A stretch of DNA of 64,000 nt, taken from the IMG/VR virus record IMGVR_UViG_3300029945_000001, positions 1 to 64,000 of that record. The stretch is one strand, 5' to 3'. Positions 37,677 through 48,191 of the stretch are shown here, in pieces. Made by a program: the position numbers and the translations under genes. Position 1 is the stretch's first letter. Each line of letters starts with the position of its first letter. The notes under the pieces were generated by a model, which saw only the letters and a program-made list of their open reading frames with translations, had not been told where the DNA came from and did no database searches.

Positions 37677-39947
37677 ATGCTAGAATATTTTAAACAACAC
37701 GAATACAAAAAAAAGCGTACTACACTAGCAATTTCATATGTTCAAAATATTGTTTCGTATATTAAAACCATGAACCCTAATATGTCAGAAGACCTTATTA
37801 AAACATTTGTAACAAATTATATTAAAGAAAATATGCAAAGACCTACTATAGAAATTATTGATCATCCTTCATACGGAAATGCAGAATTAAAAACAGTTGA
37901 TCTATACGACCATGTTAGAAAACATCAATATAAGCTTATTACTCCTTGTGGTACTATTTATCAGACTCCAGACATTAAAGAAAGTTTTCTAAAAGTAAAG
38001 ATCAATAAGAATCTAGCCAAACGTAAAAAACTAAAAAACGAAATGTTAAGAGCAGGTGAAATTGGTGATGAGATTACAGCATCGAAAGCTAATTATGGAC
38101 AATCACAAGTAAAGATTAATACAAATGCTATCCCAGGAGCTCATGGTTCTGAATTTAATTGTCTATCTGATGTTGCTAACTATAATGGTGTGACCTCTAC
38201 TGCCAGACATGGTGTCATGTGTGGTTATGCACATACTGAGAAATTTATTAGTGGTAATTTCTATTTTCCTGATATAGAACACATTATTAATTATTGCATC
38301 TGTCTTAAAAGAATATTTAACAGAGAACAAGTAGAAAATGTTGTCAATAAATTTAATTTATATATTCCTACTGTTAAAGATATAGTTGATCATTTCTTAC
38401 AAAGTACCCAATTCTATATCAGAAAAGAATTTATTGAAAGTGATATTTATGATCTTATCTCTAAGTTCGATAATATGGAAAGATGTTTTATCTTCTATGC
38501 ATCGTGTTTAAAGAATATAGTTATGTTTAATACAGAATTCTTTTTACCTTATTTAGACAAGTTCTTCGATAGGGATAATTTGATTATAGATAATGATGTT
38601 AATATTAAAAAGATTAATGACTTCAAAGGAGATCTTAAAAATGTTATTACTTCATTAAATTCTGATCTTATTGACAATTTACCATTAGAAGATGCTATCA
38701 AGGATAATCACCCTAATGTAAGAAATCTTATTACTATTGGTGATAGAATGCTTAACCATACAGATGAAATTCAAGATATTATTTCTACATTTATAACAAT
38801 TGATATGGATGTTGCTGATGCTATGGGTCATCCAAATATGATCAGGCGATGTGTCATTGCATCAGATACTGATAGTGTTATCTTTACAGTACAAGATTGG
38901 GTAAAGTGGTATACCGGACATTATTTACAATTTAGTAAGAAAGCATTTAATATTAATGCATTTGTGGTCTTTATGTTAAGTATGTCTATTGAACATTTAT
39001 TTGCAAGGTTGAGTACAAGTTTTGGTATCGTCGGAAAAGATGCTGAAAGAATTATTATGAAGAATGAATTTCTATATCCTATTATGCTCAATACCCCGTT
39101 ACCAAAACATTATATCGGATTGATTACAATTCAGGAAGGTAAGATTCTTGCTAAAATTAAACTTGATATTAAAGGTCTTACTTTAAGATCTAGTGCACAT
39201 TGTTTAGAAACAAGAACCTCTACAAATAAATTTATTGATTATGTATTAGATGGTGCAACTAAAACTGGTAGTTTGAGTGCCGAAGAAACATTTATGTTTG
39301 TTTATGAACACGAACAGACTGTTTATAAATCATTATTAAATGGTGATAAGACATTCCTAACAGTTACTCCTATTAATGAAAAAGAACAATATACAGATCC
39401 ATTAGTTTCAAAATACTTTTATTATTTATTTTGGTCTGAAGTATTTGCAGAAGAATATGGTGAGTTCTTATTACCTTCTAAAGGACACGTTGTTCATTTA
39501 TTAAATAAAGGAAAGTCTATTAAATCGGAAGCTTATTTAAATTATCTTAAAGAAAAGAATGAGAAGTTATACATCAAGCTTGTCAACTTCTTTGATAAAT
39601 ATCCAAACAAAAATATTAGTTTTATTATTTTTCCATCATCTATTAAAAAGATTCCAGAAATATTTATACCATTAATTAATTATAGACGAATTGTATTTGA
39701 TAATTCTACTCCTCATTATTTAATTATTAGAAGTTTAGGTATTCCTTTTGGCGATAGTAAAGTTGGTACCATCATTAGTGATATTTATGGACAGGATCTT
39801 ATTGCCGGTACGGTATCTGGAAAAAAGACTGAAGATGATAGCATGTTAGAAGATGAAGATATTACCAAATTATTAGAAGATGTTGAAGCAGAAGATAATG
39901 TTAATGATACAGAGAGTGGTGGTACTGAAGATGATGACGAAGAGTAG
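37677..39947 (+). CDS. Split family-B DNA polymerase, polymerase subunit (phiKZ-type)
   Basis: Motif B-like QVKINTNAIPG..TSTAR, motif C IASDTDSVIF, MKNEF..KHY..IKGL; acidic tail; AGGAG RBS. Confidence 0.85.
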   Translation: MLEYFKQHEYKKKRTTLAISYVQNIVSYIKTMNPNMSEDLIKTFVTNYIKENMQRPTIEIIDHPSYGNAELKTVDLYDHVRKHQYKLITPCGTIYQTPDIKESFLKVKINKNLAKRKKLKNEMLRAGEIGDEITASKANYGQSQVKINTNAIPGAHGSEFNCLSDVANYNGVTSTARHGVMCGYAHTEKFISGNFYFPDIEHIINYCICLKRIFNREQVENVVNKFNLYIPTVKDIVDHFLQSTQFYIRKEFIESDIYDLISKFDNMERCFIFYASCLKNIVMFNTEFFLPYLDKFFDRDNLIIDNDVNIKKINDFKGDLKNVITSLNSDLIDNLPLEDAIKDNHPNVRNLITIGDRMLNHTDEIQDIISTFITIDMDVADAMGHPNMIRRCVIASDTDSVIFTVQDWVKWYTGHYLQFSKKAFNINAFVVFMLSMSIEHLFARLSTSFGIVGKDAERIIMKNEFLYPIMLNTPLPKHYIGLITIQEGKILAKIKLDIKGLTLRSSAHCLETRTSTNKFIDYVLDGATKTGSLSAEETFMFVYEHEQTVYKSLLNGDKTFLTVTPINEKEQYTDPLVSKYFYYLFWSEVFAEEYGEFLLPSKGHVVHLLNKGKSIKSEAYLNYLKEKNEKLYIKLVNFFDKYPNKNISFIIFPSSIKKIPEIFIPLINYRRIVFDNSTPHYLIIRSLGIPFGDSKVGTIISDIYGQDLIAGTVSGKKTEDDSMLEDEDITKLLEDVEAEDNVNDTESGGTEDDDEE

Positions 39948-39965
39948 GGCTTTTAGCCCTACTCT
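39941..39965 (+). terminator. Hairpin AGAGTAGGGCT-TTT-AGCCCTACTCT overlapping the polymerase stop
   Basis: 11-bp stem. Confidence 0.7.
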
Positions 39966-39994
39966 CTTATTTCAATAATAGAAAAAAATATACT

Positions 39995-41131
39995 ATGACA
40001 TCCTCAAACATAAGAGGTATACCTTCTATGATTCAGACTGAGACATATGAAAACTTTATATCTAGATTATGTACAGTTTCAAAAAATGTAAGAGATGCTA
40101 TTGAAAGTCAGTCTTATTTATTATCCCACGATCCAGATAGTGTTACCGATGATGATATTTTGTATTATGCATTAGATATTATTCTAGATGATTTTAATCA
40201 ATTAGGTATTGAATTCAATTGTAATAGAAATGATATGTTTTCTAACGCTTTACATATTGAATTATTTATTACATTAGCTGAAATTACAAATGCTACCACT
40301 TTATATTTATCTATGAAAGATATGGATTTTAAAACAATTATACGATCCATTCTTACAGATGGTGGCCCCGAAACATCAACAGTTGGCGATCTATTACATT
40401 TTGTTGGTGTCGTAAATGAAAAGACAAGAGAGACTTTATATAGTTGTTATGAATACCTTATTGATAAAGTATCATCATCTCAGATCTTTGATATGTATTT
40501 AGATGGTTTGTTAAAGATAGATGATAGTTCGATTGAATTTGAAATCGATAATGAATATGTTACTAGATTTATGAGAAGGACATATTCTGTCTCTAGACTT
40601 TATAATAGTTTGATTTCTGCTTTTAATATTCAATTTAGAAATAAATTCGACATTGATATTCTCTATGTACTGGTCGAGATGCATATTAATTTTATAACAT
40701 CAAAAGATAATGTTAATCAGTTTGCTTGGCTTGATGCGGTTACTATAGATAAAGTCGGTGGTAATACTATTCTTATCAACGCCCTTATTACCAAATATCA
40801 ATATACGTTGAATACACTATCTCCTTTATGTATTGGGTATTATAAGGATAAACCTACATTTAATAAACAAACTATATGTCTCATTATTCTATTATCTTCT
40901 ATTGTAAATACAATCTATGAATTTTCACATATAAATAAAGAAACTTCTAAAGATGTATATATTAAAAATATTTTAGACAACTATAAAGAAAGAATTACAG
41001 AAGCTACTGAAAATAACATATTTACAAATGTATTAGAAATGTTGGATATGAAATATGTAAATCAGATCATGGATATTGTTAGATTATTTGACTTTAGTAC
41101 ATTCTTTAGTGCACAGGAAAACATTAAATGA
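39995..41131 (+). CDS. Hypothetical protein
   Basis: 378 aa; ATGA overlap with the beta'C gene. Confidence 0.72.
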   Translation: MTSSNIRGIPSMIQTETYENFISRLCTVSKNVRDAIESQSYLLSHDPDSVTDDDILYYALDIILDDFNQLGIEFNCNRNDMFSNALHIELFITLAEITNATTLYLSMKDMDFKTIIRSILTDGGPETSTVGDLLHFVGVVNEKTRETLYSCYEYLIDKVSSSQIFDMYLDGLLKIDDSSIEFEIDNEYVTRFMRRTYSVSRLYNSLISAFNIQFRNKFDIDILYVLVEMHINFITSKDNVNQFAWLDAVTIDKVGGNTILINALITKYQYTLNTLSPLCIGYYKDKPTFNKQTICLIILLSSIVNTIYEFSHINKETSKDVYIKNILDNYKERITEATENNIFTNVLEMLDMKYVNQIMDIVRLFDFSTFFSAQENIK

Positions 41132-42576
41132 TTAATACAGCCAAACATAATTTTATTTTAAACTATGTCAGAAACTTTCTTATATTAGATTTTCTTATTG
41201 ATGTGTTTACGGAAAGTCAAAAGACTAAAGCAATAGTTATAGAAAATGTTGGTTCTGATGGTAGTGTTAAAGTACAAGTAGAGGGAGACGATACATATCT
41301 GTATAAAGGAAAATTATTAAATGTATTAGGTCAACTTTATTATATATTTTCATTTACAGAAAATAATGATTTTGAATCATTAATCGACAATAATGAAACT
41401 GATATAACATACGATCCTTATTACAATATGGGTATTTATAAGAATAAGAACATTAATAATATTATTTGCTATCCATTAAACATGACAGCGTCCGGTTTAT
41501 TTTTTGGTTATGGTGATCATATTCTTATTACAAAAAATGATATTGTAAATGTACCAGATGGAGAACAAATAGAAACATCTATTGGTAGATTGCTTCTTAA
41601 TTATGTATGGTTAGCAGATCCATTTGGTGATATTATTCCTTACATGAATAACACTATTCGCCCTAAAAAAGATATCGATCCCCTTATTGTTACATTACTG
41701 ATTGAAGGTAAAATTAAAGTTGATCAGGCGTATGCTTACTCAAGAAATCTTTATTATTTACAAAGAACCGAATTAGCAGTTCCTGCTTTTACTAAAAAAT
41801 CTATTTGTATTAATCCTGCTATTATCAAGAGACGAGACGAACTCTTAATAGAATATGCCGAAGAGATTAAAAATGGTAATGCTATTGTTATGAATAAAAT
41901 AGAAGAAGAACTTGTTAGAATGGACAAAGAAGATATTAGTACTGACGTAAGTGCTGTCTTTTATGATCATGATAGTAAGTCATACGAAAATCACAGAAAA
42001 AATATGTTTATTACTGTTGGTGCTGTTAATAAGTTTGGTGATGAATCTAACTATAACTTTATTGATAATAATATCGATGAAGGTTGGGACTTTAAGAATT
42101 TTGCTACTATCTGTAATGAAATTAGACGCGGTTCTTTTGGCCGAGCAAAAGAAACAGCTAAGGGTGGTGAAGAATCTAAATTTCTTATTCGTATTTTTCA
42201 GAATACAAGAATTATTGAAGATACCTGTGATTCTACTAGACACTTGACTCTTGAATTAACTAAGGATAATATTAAAGATTATTATTATAGAAATGTATTA
42301 TCTCAAGATAATAAAACATACGAAACCATATATCCTGAAAATGTATCAAAGTTTGTTAATAGAACTATTAAGATGAGATCTCCCCAGACATGCTCTACTA
42401 AAAATGGTTATTGTTATTCTTGCTGTGGTGAAGACTTTAGACAGATGAATCAAGAAATTATGACTATGAATGCTATTACTGTCGGTACTGAATTCCTTAA
42501 TCTATCAATGAAGGCTATGCATCAAGCATCGCTTGGATTATTTGAAGTAACATCTGTTAATAAATACCTATATTAG
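41128..42576 (+). CDS. rpoC: Virion RNA polymerase beta' subunit, C-terminal part (phiKZ gp80-like)
   Basis: TSIGRLLLN; bridge helix RRGSFGRAKETAKGG; EDTC; zinc site MRSPQTC..GYCYSCCG; trigger-loop-like SMKAMH. Confidence 0.88.
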   Translation: MINTAKHNFILNYVRNFLILDFLIDVFTESQKTKAIVIENVGSDGSVKVQVEGDDTYLYKGKLLNVLGQLYYIFSFTENNDFESLIDNNETDITYDPYYNMGIYKNKNINNIICYPLNMTASGLFFGYGDHILITKNDIVNVPDGEQIETSIGRLLLNYVWLADPFGDIIPYMNNTIRPKKDIDPLIVTLLIEGKIKVDQAYAYSRNLYYLQRTELAVPAFTKKSICINPAIIKRRDELLIEYAEEIKNGNAIVMNKIEEELVRMDKEDISTDVSAVFYDHDSKSYENHRKNMFITVGAVNKFGDESNYNFIDNNIDEGWDFKNFATICNEIRRGSFGRAKETAKGGEESKFLIRIFQNTRIIEDTCDSTRHLTLELTKDNIKDYYYRNVLSQDNKTYETIYPENVSKFVNRTIKMRSPQTCSTKNGYCYSCCGEDFRQMNQEIMTMNAITVGTEFLNLSMKAMHQASLGLFEVTSVNKYLY

Positions 42577-42626
42577 AAAAATAATCTTATAGTAACACGA
42601 AACCAACAAAGAGAAAGATCAGAAAT

Positions 42627-43451
42627 ATGTCTAAATTTGCTACATATGACAAAAACTCCAACTCGTCATCTGCTGCTGCTGGTTTGACTACAACACAGGT
42701 CAGCACACTGACAACGACTCAACTCGATTCTTTATCGACATCGCAGATAAATAATCTGACTACCACACAAGTTGTTGCTTTGGAATCTACACAGATTTCT
42801 GAGCTTATTTCAACAGATATTCAGTTATTAACTTCTACTGATATAAGCACTTTAACAACAACTCAGATTGATACTCTTGATACTACGCAGATCAATACAT
42901 TGACTACAACACAGGTTGGTGAATTAATAACAACCAACATTCAGCAGTTACAGACTTCTCAAATTGCTGCCATTGTTGATAATCAGGTTACTGCTATCAT
43001 TGATGAAGTTCTTGACAATACCAGTACTATTAATACTATTGTTACTGATCCCAATGATACATCAGTTGCTATTATCAATCATTATCTTGAACTCTATGTT
43101 CCTATTGCTAAAGACGCTTTTGATCCTACTGGCTCCAAAATGAGAAATGCTGTTACTAATTTATTGTATGCTATGAACGAAGCTCTTCGTGTCAATAATG
43201 ATATTGTTTATAATGCTATTTTCAATTTCGTCAATGAACACAAAGATGGTATTATGGCACATGGTAGTTCAATGCGTGGTGTTCAGGGTCTTGGACGAAC
43301 TGATATCGATCGTATTACTATTTTCTATGGTTTAATACATCGCATTGCTACTGATGGTAAGAATACTCCTAAGTTTAACGAACAGAATATTAAAAACATT
43401 CTTAAGACGGATTATTTTATTCGGTGGGCTAAGAAGAAAATTAATAAGTAA
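42627..43451 (+). CDS. Hypothetical protein with N-terminal 8-aa LTTxQ repeats
   Basis: About 13 repeats such as LTTTQVST, LTTTQLDS and LSTSQINN; helical C-terminal domain. Confidence 0.78.
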   Translation: MSKFATYDKNSNSSSAAAGLTTTQVSTLTTTQLDSLSTSQINNLTTTQVVALESTQISELISTDIQLLTSTDISTLTTTQIDTLDTTQINTLTTTQVGELITTNIQQLQTSQIAAIVDNQVTAIIDEVLDNTSTINTIVTDPNDTSVAIINHYLELYVPIAKDAFDPTGSKMRNAVTNLLYAMNEALRVNNDIVYNAIFNFVNEHKDGIMAHGSSMRGVQGLGRTDIDRITIFYGLIHRIATDGKNTPKFNEQNIKNILKTDYFIRWAKKKINK

Positions 43452-43459
43452 TCATAAGG

Positions 43460-43493
43460 TCTACACGGTAGGGCATAAGCCCTACCGTGTAGA
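43460..43493. terminator. Hairpin TCTACACGGTAGGGC-ATAA-GCCCTACCGTGTAGA between convergent genes
   Basis: 15-bp stem. Confidence 0.78.
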
Positions 43494-43501
43494 TATTAAA
43501 A

Positions 43502-43975
43502 TTATGACATATCTTTTGAATCAGTTCTTTTTTCAAAATCTTTAATAGTACTTGCCATTTCTGCATTGTTATTTTTTAATTGATCCATAGATGCTGTTAA
43601 CTCAGAGTCTTTACTAGCATTATCAACACCGACACCATCGTGTAATGTAAAGTTTCCAAGTTGCATTTTATTGAGGACCTCCACAACAGCTGCACTGGCA
43701 CTAGAAGTTGATTCTGAATCCTTCTGTTTAATTTTGGTACCAACTTTATCTTTAATAGCTTTTTCTTGAGATTCAACAACACCGACATATGTATTAACGA
43801 GAGAAATTTGAGCAGTTAATAACTCCGAATTTCCATTAGGATTAATTTCTATTTTATCCATAGCTTTGTCTAAAATTTCTAATGCTTTACTTTTCTTTTT
43901 TTCACCACTATCATAAATTATATCTAACTTAATAAGGTCTTCATCTACTGATCTAGACTTAATTTCTTCGGTCAT
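43502..43975 (-). CDS. Hypothetical helical protein
   Basis: 157 aa, GGGGA RBS. Confidence 0.7.
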   Translation of the reverse strand: MTEEIKSRSVDEDLIKLDIIYDSGEKKKSKALEILDKAMDKIEINPNGNSELLTAQISLVNTYVGVVESQEKAIKDKVGTKIKQKDSESTSSASAAVVEVLNKMQLGNFTLHDGVGVDNASKDSELTASMDQLKNNNAEMASTIKDFEKRTDSKDMS

Positions 43976-44112
43976 GTACTATCCCCAGTGTAAATTGTTT
44001 AAAGTTAAAATTATACTTAATAGTATAAACTATCAAGGGTGGAACTATATAATATTTTTATATGGATTTTATCTATATATTATTAAAGAGAAGCACAAGG
44101 AAGATTAAGAGC

Positions 44113-46632
44113 ATGAGCGACAACAAACCGGTACGTTCATATACTGCTAAAAATATTATTACAGCTGGCGGACTTCTCCCTGTTAGGTTAACACCGACTC
44201 AGTTTATTACACATCTTAATACAAAAGGACAATTGCATCTTATTGGTGAACTAACATCTAATGCATTCGATGAGCATTTCTTGAAGTTTATCGATCATGG
44301 CGAACGCCCGCCTCTTACTATTGTTCTTATTAAAGATATTAAGAATGAAACATATCAGATGATTATTAAAGACAATGGTCGTGGTATTCCTATCGAATCT
44401 TTGTTTGATAGTATTTGTGTTCTTCATACGTCTGGCAAATTCGATATCGAAGGTAATGCTACAACATATGCTTCTACTGGTGGTCAGTTCGGTATTGGTG
44501 CTAAAGCTGCTACTGGCGCTAGTAAAGATTTTAAAGGTATTACCATGACAGAAGATGGATATGCTTCTGTCTATGCACATCAAGGTAATCCTGATCAAAT
44601 CATTATAGATAAATCTGTAAAGCCAAAAGAAAGTGGTTATTGTACTATCTTTGAATTTGATAAATTAATTTTAAGTGAAATTAATACTTTTAGTTCTACT
44701 GGTTATTTAGAACTGTTATTTAAGTTGAGAGCACTGGGATACTTTAAAACAAATAACATTATCTTTAAGAGTATTATTAATTCCGTCCCTAATAATTTCT
44801 GGAAAAAAGGTCCTGTCGAATCTATGGCATATATTGATTCTATTATTAATAAAGCCACTACTGAATATTCATCACTCGATGACACAGATACCATTAGTTA
44901 TTTAAGATCATATTTAAATATTAATCGTCCTTTTGTTTGGGAACTAAAGTTAGATGCTAAGGATGGCGATTCTTATATGTTTAATATTGAAATGTATTAT
45001 ACTAAAATGAATGATAAAAGTAAGTTCTTATCATTTGTAAATAATATTCAAATCGATGATAATGAAAGCACACACAATTCTACTATAGAAAAAGTATTAA
45101 AGAAAATTATGGGACCGATGATACTGGATGAAGCTATTAAGAAATTCTTTATGTCTAATATGTATACCATACCACTTTATTATGCTATCAATATGTTTGT
45201 TAAGTATGCTAAACTTGCCGGTAGTACTAAGCATGGTTACTATGATGATAACTTTGAAAAAGTATATACCAAAGTACTTCATGAACTATTTCAACAAAAT
45301 ATAGAAAAGGTTAATACATTATTCTCACTTATTAAAGACGATGTTGAACGCCTGTACAATATTAGTATTCTTGGTAAAACAGAACGTCCTAGAACATCTG
45401 CTCGATTTTATGAGAATCTAAATTTTCCTAATAAGTTTGTGAACTGTATGGAACCAGGTCATCCTGATTCTGAATTAATTTTGGTTGAGGGCGATTCTGC
45501 TAAAAATGTCGAAGGTCGTAATAGTAAATACCAAGCTATTTATGCATTACGTGGCGTTCCTATGAATGCTTTAAAATTAATGCGAAATCAACCTGGCGAT
45601 CCTAGTGCTTTTAGAAGTCCTGAGATTCTTAAGAAACTAAAAGCAAATGATATCTTTTATGACATTATGACTATTTTAAATATTGATCTTCATAACTTCG
45701 ATGTTACAAAACTTAATTTTCGTAAAATTATTATTGCAACAGATGCTGATGAACATGGCTACCATATCGCTTCTTTGTTAATTGGTAACCTATATGCAAT
45801 GTGTCCTAAACTCATTGAGACTGGTATGGTTCATGTGGCTATGCCTCCTCTTTATGGTTTGAAATATAAAGGTGATAAGTCTACTAAAGATAAAATTATT
45901 TATTTGCGAGACAGTGATGCTGTTACAGAATGGATGGCTAATGTTATTTATAGAGAAGCTCTTTCAATTTCATATGATTTCAAGGGAAAACGATATACAT
46001 TTACTGATGTTGATTATATTGGATCTATTAAGAAGATTATGGATATTGGAAACATGATGCAGAATATTTCTAATGAACTCAATATTGATCTACAGATCCT
46101 TGAAATGTTAACGCATGTTACAAAATATTTAGAATATGGTTGTGTCGATGTGAATAAAATTAAAGAAATATTATCAATCGATAATACGATGGAATCTATC
46201 AATATTCATTATCATGAAAAGACACATAATCTTATTTTTGAAATTGGTAGAGAAGATATCTCTATTCCTCTTTATAATGTCAGAGAACGTTTATATGAAT
46301 CTATTCTTCCTGTTTTGAATGAAATTGGTTGGAAAGAAGGTTTACAGTTTTATGTGACGACAAATCACAATCCTAATTATATCGATTATCCTGTTTCTAT
46401 TATGCAACTTTATACTATTCTTAAATCATTTGATAAATATGTTGAATTAGAGAGATATAAAGGTCTTGGTAGTATGAATCCTTCTGACCTTGGTCGTATC
46501 TATAGTAATCCGAACAGTCGTCGTATTTTCCAAATAACATCTGTTGGAAGTATAAATGATATTTACAATATGTTAGGAGGTCAGAGTGATACACGTAAGG
46601 ACATTTTTAACAAGCCTGAAGCTCAGTACTGA
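44113..46632 (+). CDS. gyrB: Type IIA topoisomerase B subunit (GyrB/ParE-like)
   Basis: GHKL motifs ELTSNAFDE, DNGRGIP, LHTSGKF, GGQFGIG; TOPRIM motifs ELILVEGDSA, LRG, IIIATDADEHGYHI, RYKGLGSM. Start probably 44113. Confidence 0.9.
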   Translation: MSDNKPVRSYTAKNIITAGGLLPVRLTPTQFITHLNTKGQLHLIGELTSNAFDEHFLKFIDHGERPPLTIVLIKDIKNETYQMIIKDNGRGIPIESLFDSICVLHTSGKFDIEGNATTYASTGGQFGIGAKAATGASKDFKGITMTEDGYASVYAHQGNPDQIIIDKSVKPKESGYCTIFEFDKLILSEINTFSSTGYLELLFKLRALGYFKTNNIIFKSIINSVPNNFWKKGPVESMAYIDSIINKATTEYSSLDDTDTISYLRSYLNINRPFVWELKLDAKDGDSYMFNIEMYYTKMNDKSKFLSFVNNIQIDDNESTHNSTIEKVLKKIMGPMILDEAIKKFFMSNMYTIPLYYAINMFVKYAKLAGSTKHGYYDDNFEKVYTKVLHELFQQNIEKVNTLFSLIKDDVERLYNISILGKTERPRTSARFYENLNFPNKFVNCMEPGHPDSELILVEGDSAKNVEGRNSKYQAIYALRGVPMNALKLMRNQPGDPSAFRSPEILKKLKANDIFYDIMTILNIDLHNFDVTKLNFRKIIIATDADEHGYHIASLLIGNLYAMCPKLIETGMVHVAMPPLYGLKYKGDKSTKDKIIYLRDSDAVTEWMANVIYREALSISYDFKGKRYTFTDVDYIGSIKKIMDIGNMMQNISNELNIDLQILEMLTHVTKYLEYGCVDVNKIKEILSIDNTMESINIHYHEKTHNLIFEIGREDISIPLYNVRERLYESILPVLNEIGWKEGLQFYVTTNHNPNYIDYPVSIMQLYTILKSFDKYVELERYKGLGSMNPSDLGRIYSNPNSRRIFQITSVGSINDIYNMLGGQSDTRKDIFNKPEAQY

Positions 46633-47596
46633 TAATAATTGTAATATTAATGAACAGGAATGTACAGAAATAATAGATAATGACATTACTGGTATTCTTA
46701 ATAAACTGAATAATGGAAATTATTTAAACATGGAAGCCAATGATAAAGAGATGTTGGATTGTATTCAACATCTCTTTAAAGATGATAAGTTCTTTAAAAA
46801 ATATGATCTTAAATATGAAGAATCACATTTAGAAAATTATGAATTTAATAAGAGTTTAAGATACAATTTACGATTAGAGAAACTTATAACTGAATTATAT
46901 GTTGGAGAAACGCAACGAACTTCTTTAAGCCATATTGTTAGAGCTCTAGAGAAAAATAATAGTACTCGTACATCATTAATTAATATGATCTATGTTCTAC
47001 GAGAAGCTAGTACTGTACTTCATCAATATCCCGATATTGTTAATATTCCTAAGATAAGCGAAATCACTAGATTAGATAATGAGAATATTTTAATACGGAA
47101 TAATTTTAGAAAAAGTAGACCAACTGGAAAGATTAATGAAATCATTCATATTAAAAGATCTGATAGGCAATCAACTATTAAAGAAATATTAAATTGTTTG
47201 ATTTTATTGTTCTATACATCTTCTAGATTTACTATTGAAGATTTTAGTTTAAATGTGAAAATACGAGCACTTATACTAGAATACATTTCTGTTATAAGAG
47301 CAAACAATTATAATAATGTCAATATACATGCACATCGATATATCGTAAGATTGTTAAATCTCATTAATGTTGAATATAAAGATAATGTAGAACAAGATAA
47401 AATGAGTTATGAAGATTTTGAAAAATATATATTTAATACTATTTTAATATCTACAAATATTATATATAAAACATTCTTAGTTTTCATATTTGGACAGTTT
47501 TATTTACATACGGATGAAGAAACATTTAGAAAAGATTGGTGTTTGTTAGATCAGTCACTAGTTGATTATAGTACTAGATATATATTACTTAAGTGA
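46586..47596 (+). CDS. Hypothetical protein
   Basis: AGGAGG RBS 5 nt before GTG 46586; overlaps the gyrB end by 47 nt. Confidence 0.65.
   Translation: MIHVRTFLTSLKLSTDNNCNINEQECTEIIDNDITGILNKLNNGNYLNMEANDKEMLDCIQHLFKDDKFFKKYDLKYEESHLENYEFNKSLRYNLRLEKLITELYVGETQRTSLSHIVRALEKNNSTRTSLINMIYVLREASTVLHQYPDIVNIPKISEITRLDNENILIRNNFRKSRPTGKINEIIHIKRSDRQSTIKEILNCLILLFYTSSRFTIEDFSLNVKIRALILEYISVIRANNYNNVNIHAHRYIVRLLNLINVEYKDNVEQDKMSYEDFEKYIFNTILISTNIIYKTFLVFIFGQFYLHTDEETFRKDWCLLDQSLVDYSTRYILLK
47581..47588 (+). promoter_or_regulatory. Early promoter core TATATTAC
   Basis: AGATATATATTACTTAAGTG upstream of the ORF at 47660. Confidence 0.55.
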
Positions 47597-47659
47597 AACA
47601 AGTTTACTTCTTAAGTAAACAAACTTAAACTGACAGCAGATTCCGAAGGACCACACCGG

Positions 47660-48085
47660 ATGCGCCTTTTTATCCTGAAAAGAGAAGTGGTTGGTACTAG
47701 CCATTATCTCGGTCGCATAGTGCGACTACTCTTCTACTGCCTCCGTGTTTCTAATGAAGATTATGTCAAGTCTTATTTTAATTATGGTGAATCTCTTGGT
47801 TGGCAGAATGATGCTATTATTCAACAGAAGAACAATCATGGAAAATGTCTAAAAAACCCGAATGGTCAAATTACCTTTCCGAAGGCTATTTTCACTATTG
47901 TTAGCATTTTAAATCTTCGTATCAAGGACATTACATTTACTCTTGAGAAATCGGATGGTACTGAATTTGTTGTTTCTTATAATGACAAAATAGAGGATCT
48001 GGAAAAGAGACTCAATGCGCCTCCGGCTCCTGAAGATCCCGCAGAAGAACAAAATCCAACCTATGGCAATAATCGACTTTTATAA
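47660..48085 (+). CDS. Hypothetical (early) protein
   Basis: 141 aa, AAGGA RBS, followed by a palindrome. Confidence 0.7.
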   Translation: MRLFILKREVVGTSHYLGRIVRLLFYCLRVSNEDYVKSYFNYGESLGWQNDAIIQQKNNHGKCLKNPNGQITFPKAIFTIVSILNLRIKDITFTLEKSDGTEFVVSYNDKIEDLEKRLNAPPAPEDPAEEQNPTYGNNRLL

Positions 48086-48100
48086 GACATAATGACATAT

Positions 48101-48130
48101 ATGGAAGAGCACCTATAGGTGCTCTTCCAT
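48101..48130. terminator. Perfect 30-bp palindrome ATGGAAGAGCACCTA|TAGGTGCTCTTCCAT
   Basis: Exact inverted repeat. Confidence 0.75.
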
Positions 48131-48191
48131 TATGTTTTTACTACTTTTGAGTATTATATAATCCAACATACATTAGGGAAAAGTAGATCGA

